Origin: Balanoglossus misakiensis
Lineage: Eukaryota; Animalia; Hemichordata
Direction of reading: 5' to 3'
Length of the DNA: 64,000 bases
Assembly: GCA_040954595.2 (NCBI GenBank)
Contig: CM082585.2
Location: 7,403,808 to 7,467,807 of the forward strand
The notes beneath the pieces were generated by a model. It was given only the letters and a program-made list of their open reading frames with translations. It did no database searches and was not told the origin of the DNA. The stretch's first letter is position 1, and each line of letters begins with the position of its first letter. Positions 37,985 through 48,205 of the stretch are shown piece after piece. A program made the translations under genes and the position numbers.

Positions 37985-40900
37985 ATGGCGGAGCAGGTAA
38001 GTGATTTCGTTTTGTTATCACGCACAGTACAGGCTGCACTGGCGATCCATTTACGCCGGCGTCGCAGCATGATCGACGTTGTCAAGACAGTCTTCAGAAT
38101 GATCGCCCTGATTTAAAGAACTCTCGCTTAGATCTACGACAGGAAGGAAGCTGCAGTTCACCAAAGCCCCGTGGCTTGACATTTCGCAATATTGTTTTTA
38201 AATGCCCTGGTTCCAAGAAATCTGGGTTTCGTTTTGCTAGTGCTACCACAATCACATCGCTTTGGCATACGAGAGTTCTGTATCATGTTGTTGCCTGTAT
38301 TCTGTAGCTCAGTCGATGACAATTTCTAATTTTTGCGGTCTTTGAACTTGTGTTATTTAGTGTTGTTTTTGTTTCCGCGAGTGGTGTACTTTGTTCTCAG
38401 GGCGATTTGTTCGTCCTCAATTGTTTAGCCGAAACTCCGTATGGCTAGAAATACATGTAATGTATGGAAAGAGGGCTTCTCAGGGACAGGCAAATTTCAT
38501 TAAAGTATACGGCGGTGGGCAGTTAGTCACAACATTATATTCACAAACCTTTAGATGTTTGAACAATGCGACTGTGGTACAGTATATAAACAATGCGGTC
38601 ATGTCAATTTCTTGAGTGACACACGGCGCGTCACTCAAGAAAGTGACACCGGTGTCACCATGTAAATGAAACAAGTACTTTGCAAATATTTTATTATGGG
38701 CCCTTCAGTTATATGACATTTTCTGCCTATGATATCATACACATGGAAAATTTCACAAATCTAGCAAGTGGTGTTTGGTATTGGCTTCGAGAGCATACAT
38801 GTATATTGAACCTTTATCACATTCACCACTGAATAAGTTTACCCGTCACATGTTTCAGAACACCAGCACAGAAATCGGCGACGACAACAAAGACGAGACA
38901 GCCGTTAGTGCCAACTCGCTTTGGGGATCCGGGGACTTCTCGGCGGCCACAGAGATGATGGACGCCTTACCGCACATTCCAACCAGTGAACAGCAGTTCC
39001 TGGAATTGTCCGAGCGACCTCCATCCTTCGGCAACACGGGTGTGGCCGGACTGGAAGCAGGCAACAGCTCTGCCTCAGGTAAGGGTCAAAGGTCATGTGC
39101 CCCAGGGATTTGTGAACTGTTCATAAATGCTTTATAAATGCTAAAGGTTTGGGAACATTGGTTAAAGCCTTTCTGCATGATAGGTCTGCCAAGTCCTTTA
39201 CATGTACCTTTCTTACTGTCTGTCAATCTTCAGTGTCAGAATGTCCGGGTGTAATGTATGGACCATATCGGCCAGATGAACCAGAAGTACAATCTTTAGA
39301 CGTAAAAGGTACAGTAGTGGTACAGATCAAGCATTTTTTTTCTGGTTTATTAGGTTGGGGAACATTGGTAAATGATTTGGAAACCCTGATGATGTTTCTG
39401 CCACCCGCTAATATGACTGCATTATCCAATCTGTAGATTCTGCCGCAGAAAAAGGAGTTTGCGGACTGAAAAACCTGGGTAATACATGCTTCATGAACGC
39501 TGGCCTTCAGTGCCTTCTGAGCTGTGCTTCGATTTGCAAGTTTTTCTGTGAAGAAGACGGCGCCTCGCAGGAAATGCTGACGGGACAGTTCCACAACTTG
39601 GTTCAGAAGGTCTGGTGTGGACAGTATTCTGTGATCCGCCCGTCTGAGTTCAAAGAGACTCTAGGCTTCGTGCACGGTCAGTTTAAAGATTTTAGACAGG
39701 TGAGTTGATGCCTGTAGCTGTTGCTTTTAAAGAATTGTTTCCCAAAGAATGACTGCATTCAGCATTGAATTTCATATGCCACTTCACTGTCCTAACACAT
39801 TCTCATTGACCGCGTGTATGGAATAGAATGCAGAACCACACAATGTTTCTCGGGAGTCCTGACCTGACGATTTTTATCTCGTTTTTTTTGTTTTTTTTAC
39901 CCAGCATGATGGTCAGGAGTTTCTTGCCCTCTTGTTGGATAGTCTCCACGAAGAACTGAACCTGGCGAATAACAAGAGCAAGTTCGATGCCCAACCGGAG
40001 GAAAGTGTCTCTGAAGAGTCGAGTGAGCTGCTCGAGGAGCCTCTTGTTGGGTCGACGGCGTCGGTCGTAGGACACCGAGACGACGAAGAGAGCAGTCGGT
40101 CGGAGATGAGTCTCTCCGAGCCGGAGGAGAGTATGGACGTCACCGGGGCGGGGGAGACGGACGGACCGAGCGACGCCGCCGCCGCCAACAACATGACCAA
40201 GCTGCCCAGCATCGAAGAGTTCTACATGAAAGACGTGAAGACCCTGAACACGAACGTGCTGCGGGAGGACAGCCCGCCGCCGGTCATCGCCCTGGACAGC
40301 GACAAGTTCCCCAAGAACGACAAGTCGCCGACGTCGAACAAGAAGTCGCCGCTGAAGAACAAAGTGGAGAACAAGACGGACGCGAGTCCCAAGTCGCCGA
40401 GGAACAAAAAGACGAACCTGCTGATGGAAAAGAAGAAGAAAATAGAAAATCTGGAGACGGACTCGGAGAAGGGAAAGATACAGCTGGAGGTGATTGAAGG
40501 AACGAGCGAGATAGACACGATTAAACGTATGAAAATGGATGATAGCGGGACGATTTTGAAATCGCTGTTTTTCAAGGGCGGAGGAGACGTCATTGGAGAG
40601 ACCTCCATCGACATATTTTCAGTCACTCAAGACATTGAGGACGTGGAGAGAGTCAAACAAGACTTGGCAAACTTGAAACGAAAAGACACCAATCTGTTCG
40701 CCAACTCCGTCTCCAAGTTCCCCATCAGTGCCAACAACGAGAGCTGCAACGTCTACAGCGAGACGGACAAACTGGGTAAATTCGCCGGCAATACCTTCAG
40801 CCTGGAGCTGAACATGGAGTACGAGAAGCAGGTGAACTGTGCCAAGGACCCCCAAGGGGAGGGGGGAGACAGGACGGGGGAGGGGGAAGGGGAGCCGCTG

Positions 40901-43900
40901 GGGGCCAAGTCCGACGACGGGACACTCTGTAAGCAGATCACGTTCGCCAACAACCAGACGCTGCTCATCAACGAGGTGACGCTGGCGAAGTCTAGCAGTT
41001 GCAGCAGCGGCGCCACGGTTTGCATGAACAGCTCGCAGCAGAACAGAGCCCAGTTGGAGTACGTGCAGGCGGAAAAGGCTTGGGATGAGTATTTGGAACG
41101 GAATAGGTCTGTTATCGTGGATACGTTTCAGGGCCAGTTCAAGAGCACGGTAAGTTGTGCAAAAAGGAATTTTAAAGTCAGTGTAAGTTATCATTACGAA
41201 CCATACTCACCCCTTGAAGATTATCTAAGATGAAAGAATTCTCAGAATATTTTACAAAGTTGAGTTAGTATTGATCTCTCTACAATGCCACATACCAACA
41301 TTGTCACGTCTCTTTCATTGTATTGCAGGTTGTATGTTCAGCATGCGATCATGTGTCCGTAACCTTTGAACCGTTCATGTATCTCTCTCTCCCGTTACCT
41401 CATGCAATGGAGCGACAAATCGGTGAGTTTCTGCAATGTAGCGGTCAGTGAATGATCCAGAAGGAATCAGCAATCATGGTGTATTTTTGTCAACTGTGTG
41501 TCGACTGTGCTTTATTAAGCAAGGTTGTTTCATATAACTGGCTTTCCTCCTACTTTTGAAAGCGTACACCGGCCCAGGTCATAATACTTTATGCCGGTAT
41601 TTGACCTGAAACGTTTCCGAAGCATTTGAAATACACGGTGTGAACACCATAAAAATAAGTCTCTGTATTTTTTCTTTCCAGTTGTAGTGTGGGTTTCTCT
41701 CACTCACCACCAGCCGATGACCTACCTGGTGACTCTGCTCAAGACACAGACCGTCAAACAACTCAGGGTAAATCTGATGACCACGATCTTCGGGGAGAAT
41801 GTGCCTCCACCAAACGACGTTGTTCTAGCCGAGGTCTTTGACAATCACGTTGCAAGGGTACTGGTGAGTGTGTCATTTCGGGTTTGAATTTCCCCTCTGT
41901 CAATTCTTGTATTGTCTGTTTTTTTCTCCGAATGCAAATGATGGAAAACAGATCTATACTGTATGTTGATATGTTGCTTTTTAACCCTAACATTTCCTTC
42001 ACAGGAGGATGGGACCTATCTCAGGTATGTGAATGATGACTACAGACAAATCTACGCCTTCGAAATGGCTCCCAAACCAGACCTCAACATGCACCCGAAC
42101 AACTTGTACTGTTCCTACGGTGATTTTTCCATGGCCGACTCAGGTGACGATTACAAATGGAGAACTAGAGATGACGATGTCATCACAGAAAGCGGTGACG
42201 TCAGCACGGCTATTGATGATGTCACCAGCGATGACATCCCCGCGGAGAGTGCCGGTGTCGTCAGCGCGGAGGACAGCAACGACGTAGTCATGCAGCTGGC
42301 CGAAAAGGACTCTTCTTCTTCCGAAGCAGCTCAGGGGGACGTTTTCAGCAATATCGGATATTTCGATGCCGGAATGTTGGGAAGCTACGATTGTAAGGAC
42401 GCAGCGGGCGACGCGATGCCGCCGAACTTTTCCCAACCCGGCCACGATTGGAATGTGCCTTCTGCCTCAAAAGCACCGACCGCTGCAGCGGGTGAAATCG
42501 GAAGCGCCGACATCAACAACCAAACCGGTGATGTCACCACAAGCTGGGTACCGAATAATGCCGACACGCACCCGTGGAGTGATGACACGCTGAATCTGAA
42601 CCCCGCAAACGAAAGCAATATATCTGACTGGAGGTCTTGCGCCGTCTGTCTAGAGGAACTGCCAAATCACGAATTATTAACACACATGTCTTGCGGAGGG
42701 TCTCTGTGCCACATATGTTTGGAGGTACGTCTGGAGATTACTTTTGCAATTCTGAAATTGTATACAGAAAGTTTCACACAAACAGCTAGCTACTCATTGA
42801 CACATGTGTAGTCTCATCCATGCTGTGCTTTTTTTTGTTCCAACAGGCAACATCAAAACACTACGGAACAACAGGTTTCCAGTGTCCTGTAAGTATCAGC
42901 AATTGTTTACAGTATATCAAAACAATTCATTCAGTGTGTGATCTGTGGTCCCAATGCAACTCCCAGATTGTATAAAAATAAATGTGCCCTCGATATCAAG
43001 TCTTGAATCCCTTGGCGTAGTTGTGTGGGATAAAAATGTTCTAGAAGTCGTGTATTTTTGTGTCGTAACAGGTATGCACAGCGGAGGTGAACCCAGCAGA
43101 GGACTTTGTCGCTGTGCCACTCCCCGTAGACAGCAAAGCCAGCAAACGCATCCTGACCATGCCTGTGCAGTTCCGGTACGATTACGAGGAAAATGGACAG
43201 AAAAAGGTACGGTTAGAAAAAAAGGACACATTCAGAATTGTGCAGTGTATGGTCACCATTGAACTTGATTTTGAGAGAAGAACAAGTGTGGATGTGTGTC
43301 ATTTGTTTGAAATGAAACAGTAAATTGCTAACATCTGGTTGTTTGTTTTTTCAGATGAAGTTGTTTGGTCACCCTCGCATGGTGTATCTCTCTAATGAGG
43401 TTCAGGGAGAGGTTTTGTTCTGTGCTGTTGAACGACTGATGCCGTTTCGGTCATCCTATAAGATTGTTCTCACAGACGGACAGGTGAGTCAACAATTTTG
43501 CATAAAACAAACCGTAAGATACCATAGTGACATCACTGGTGAAGTTGCCAAAAGATTGGAAGCTGCTCAAAGGGGTGGGGGGGGGGGGTACTTTAATAAT
43601 TGTTAGTAGGGATATGCAGCGCTTTGTCTGAAACCAATTTCTAAACCAAAGTTTTAGAAATCATTGACATAGGCTGTTGCATATGTTGGCCTGCTTGGGG
43701 CAAAACTGTCCTATCCTATGTAAACTGGCCCCACACAGACTGATTCTGGTTTGACTTAGCATTGCTGATCAACTAATTCTGGTTTTGGCCTTGTTGGCGA
43801 AACCGCTCTAACATGACCCCCCTGCTTTATGTGCCAATGTGTGGATTCTCTTAACAGGGCTATCACTGCTCGAGGTGCATGTACAATTTACACTGCAGCG

Positions 43901-45721
43901 GTTGCGAGCTCGTACGGGAGGTGGACATCTCCGTGCAGTCCGGCGACCACCTGACGGTCGTCTGCGATGACATCATGCCGCACCAGCTGGAGTATTCCGG
44001 GCAGAAGTCGCAGCACGAGTCCATGAAGGACATCCGCAAGCAGACCCCTCTCACGTTGCAGGACTGCTTTCGCGCATTTACAGAAAGTGAACTCCTTGAT
44101 GAGCACAATCCGTGGTACTGTCCAAAGTGCGAACAAAGCCAGTGTGCCAGGAAAACGCTGACAGTGTGGCGGTATCCAGACACGCTTGTAGTTTATCTGA
44201 AGAGGTGAGAGTTTTCTTTAGTGTGTTGGTCACTAAAGAACTACGCTTGCTCATATGTACCAGTAGATTTTTAATATACGGCTAATGTAACTATGTAGTC
44301 ACCTAGTAGAGAAGAACTTCAGTATATCTGAAACTTTAGTAGAAACTTCTGCCATCTTGGGCTGCATGAGATTTTTATCACTCACCTAGGGAGCAAAAAA
44401 CGATTTAATGTTGGAGGAATTATCTGGAAAATTCAGAAGTGAGAAAACAGCCTGTATTATTGATATTTCTCAGAATTAGTAGGACGTCTTGGCTGTAAGT
44501 GAGGCATAATTCTCTGCTGCCTCCGCCGAGGTGGTGGTTTCTCTGTGAACAGTTGCCCGCTCTCAACATTGCTGTCTTTAACCCTCTCCACACAGGTTTG
44601 TATTCCATGAACTGTGCAGTACTAAACTGGACAATAAAGTTCTCTTCCCCATCGAAGAGTTGGATGTCTCTTCTTTCATCTCAGGACCCATGGACGACAG
44701 TTTGGTCTACGACCTCCAGAGCTGTGTGTGTCATTTCGGAGGCAAGTCATTCACACCCGTTCTGTACGCTATATATTTCGCAATAGTTGCCCAGTCATTT
44801 TGCAGTGTTCCTTGAGCTATACAAAATGCCATGGTGGGGAACTGCACTTGTATGTATAAACACAAAGATGCATCGGCAACTTCCTATGCCCATGGCAAGA
44901 AATCGGTTTGTTAAATAGTTGTCTCTCTCTCTGTCTGTGTTTGTATATGATGATGTACAGGTGTGAATGCCGGTCATTACACGGCCTACTGCAAGAATCC
45001 CTTGAGTTTGCCGTGGTATTACTACAACGATGACATGATCACCAGGCAGGAACCCGGCGAAACGGATGCAAGCAGCGTCTATGTTCTGTTTTACCAAAGA
45101 AAAGGTGTGTGGTTTCTCCCCGAAAGGCCGTGCGTGTGATCAGAAATGGGGGCAAACGCAATTACAAAAATGACCATCACTAATAACAGTATAGCTGAAG
45201 ATTTTGTTAGTTATATACAGGCTTTGTTGAGAGGTCCGACATTTAATGAAGCTATCCAAAGTAGAACAAGAAACCAGAGTTGATACAGAGAAAAATACTA
45301 AATAAAAGTAGCCAGAAGTTAGATTTTCTGGGGCTTGAAATAACACTGTTGGTGGGTTGTACATAGCGATGAAGTCTGCACTGAATAGCTTTAGAGATTT
45401 TTTCAATTTTTTTTTTTTTTTGGGTGGGGGGACACAGACCATGTTAGAACTGAAGTAACATTCTTATCCTTTGCCTTGCCAGATGTTCAGGTGGACTTCA
45501 TGCCAGCGCAGCCGGGAGACGCCAACCAGGAGGAGGATAGCGGAAGGAGGAAATGTCAGGCGACAGAGTGTCTGTGTCCGAGCAAAGACGGCAGCGAAGA
45601 GGGGTCGGCCATCAATCACGAGGAAATCGACCAGCTTCTGGAACAGCTCCAGTCGTCGGAAAGTAGCAGCGATGCCACTCAGGGCAGTAGCGGTGTCACC
45701 AGCTACGATTTCTACAACTAG
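37985..45721 (+). CDS. Ubiquitin-specific protease (C19; USP4/11/15/19/32-type split catalytic domain) with large insertions, including a RING-like finger
   Basis: Exons 37985-37996, 38859-39078, 39437-39699, 39905-41149, 41329-41422, 41682-41863, 42005-42724, 42847-42888, 43072-43206, 43355-43483, 43858-44204, 44596-44741, 44961-45104, 45483-45721. Cys box [85 protein letters not shown]..YLKRF, His box CHFGGVNAGHYTAY..WYYYND..VYVLFYQR. Confidence 0.92.
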
Positions 45722-47593
45722 TCAGAATCACACATACGTCTGTACATACTGGACTTGTGTGCGCGCCCGACAGGCAGAGCGACTGTGTAGTGCAATTTCA
45801 GCCAATCCAAAGCATGCAAAGCATGATTTTCGGCTAATCTAAAAAAGTACTCTATTGATTCTGCACTTTCTCGGTGTTGCATTCTAATCATGTTTAATCG
45901 GTGGAAGTTTTGGTTTACTTGCCAAACTTCCACAGCAAAATCTCAGAAATGGTTATAAATTTCAATTGATTAATTTGGAATATCACGCTTTAAAATACAA
46001 TACATTTATATTGGTTACTGATAAAGCACATATTACATCATGTTAACCGAGAAGAAATCTACCACATTTCAATATTTTGACATGTTCTCTTGACATGTAG
46101 AAAAAAAATAATCAGAGGACACATAACAAATGTTGGGGATTTAAAACAAATCAGTGTTGAACGTTTGCAAACAAAGTGTGTTTGTGATGAACATTTTGTC
46201 GGCAAAATGCATTGGCAGTGAGAGAATGTTGCTTTTTGCTTTTATGGGACAGGAACCAGTGGGGTCACTAGGTGGCCATCTTGTTCTTACATCTAGAGTT
46301 TATATTTGTGCAAGCCAGGACTGATTTATTTCATATACAATGAAGTTAAGGTGCTACACATGATTTCATTCACAAACTTGTCACCAAGTCTTTTGCCAGA
46401 ATTGGTACCATGTTTATTGTTTAACGCTTATTGATTTGTTGTATAAGCTGGAAATTTATATAGGCTTTTATGTATACCCCACGAGTGTCAAAGCAGTGCA
46501 ATGATAATGAGTTAATGACTCGAAATGTTAATCTACAAATTTTCTCTAATGGCAACTATTTCATATCATGGCTCATTTTGTTCACACATCATTTCAGGCC
46601 GCCCGCTACCATGGCATGTTTGGAAACGTTCAAAGATCATGTCAACTGCCTGTTCTTTTGTTTCTATGATTTTTAGGTCATAATATGAATAGTAGGCAAT
46701 GTTGTTTTTGTTCATTTACTCAAGAAGTTATGTCAGTGGGTTGTCAGACACATGCAATGATTTGAAATCATTTGAATCCCAAGACCCATCATAGCGTGTG
46801 CACAAGATGGCCGACCAGTTGAAAACAAAACAAGCCACTGTTTGTTGAATCCTACGAATGTATTATCATAAAGATGACAGATACAGTGGTTGGGAATAGT
46901 GGCTAATTACAACAGACTCTGTTGCTTATTTCGATGGATGTCTATTCATTAACCATGTTGAATGTGTCTCACAGAAATCACAGCAGAACTTTAATTATCA
47001 GTGTATCATTGTCAAATCTGTTGTCCTGGTATATTTTGCACGCTTTTGTGACATCTACCCGTACCCGTGATAAATTAAGTTTTGTGTAAACAATAATCCG
47101 GAAATCAAATGATGTGAATAATGTAACTTTTCCTCAATTTAAAACTTAATTTTTGATTTGTTTGCGATCGTTTTGAATGGACATTATTTACGAAGTGTGA
47201 AGTTCACTTTTTTTGTAGTCGGTGCTAACTGCAAATGTATTGTGCTGCCTTTCTGTGTGTACATTTACTTCCATTGCTATGGTAACCAAGAAACCTTTGT
47301 CTGTAAGGAAACTACAAAGGGAAAGGAGTAAGAATAAAAAATGAAATGCAATGACTTGTCTGTTTTTTATCTAAAAATAAAAGAATATACATTACACTAC
47401 ACTACTTTGTTCATTCACAAATTGATTTATGGATTTGACACCAATGTCCGAAAATATGCTAGTGTCTAGTCTTAATTGTCAGCCATTAGTTTCACTTGTG
47501 ATACCAATGGAGACTTTGCTGTTTAGTTTGTAAGGTTTGGTCACTAAAAAATTAATTATTAACTATGTCCAATGGCACTGGCAAGGAACCAAG

Positions 47594-47680
47594 TTAGCGC
47601 CACCAACGTTCACTCGTTCAAGATGGCGTACAATGGTTGAAATATACATGTACATACCAGTACACTCGTCGAGTAAGTAC
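47594..47680 (+). promoter_or_regulatory. Copy of the RSRC1 promoter/non-coding first exon upstream of the chimeric NLR
   Basis: TTAGCGCCACCAACGT..CAAGATGGCG (YY1-like)..TCGA|GTAAGTAC matches TTAGCGCCATCAACGT..CAAGATGGCG..TCGA|GTAAGTAC at ~54680-54862. Confidence 0.6.
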
Positions 47681-48205
47681 ATACGATGTAATCGTCTTCT
47701 GGCACGACTGATGTTTACCCGTTGGTGGGGTGAATCATTAAGTTTAATCACATGGCTGTTGCATCAGTTGGGCTTCGCGGTTTTTGTGGAGTCACCGCGA
47801 TTCGGATTTTCGAGGTCGTGACATCCGGGTGTGACATAGGCGGAAGTTTACTTCTATATATCTAGCCTCCACAGGTAGCTGCAGTTCAGTAGCTCGAGGT
47901 TTTGCCTTGGTTTGTCTAACACATAAAGAAGTATTCTATCGTAAAATGTGGACCACTCTATGCAAAACACATATAATTCCAATGAACATATTAATTTTTA
48001 CAAGATTACTATTATTTAATACTGGAAAATACCATTCTATGTGGTGGTGGGACTGTCCTGGTATAAGCCTAAGGATGAGTTAAAATTGACAGACATCATG
48101 GGTGTACCTAATATATTCATCAGTGTGCCTTTTCTTTTACAGCAAACTTCACAGCTGAATAAAGTAAATTCATATGAGGTGAATTTCTAAAGTTCACAGT
48201 AAATC

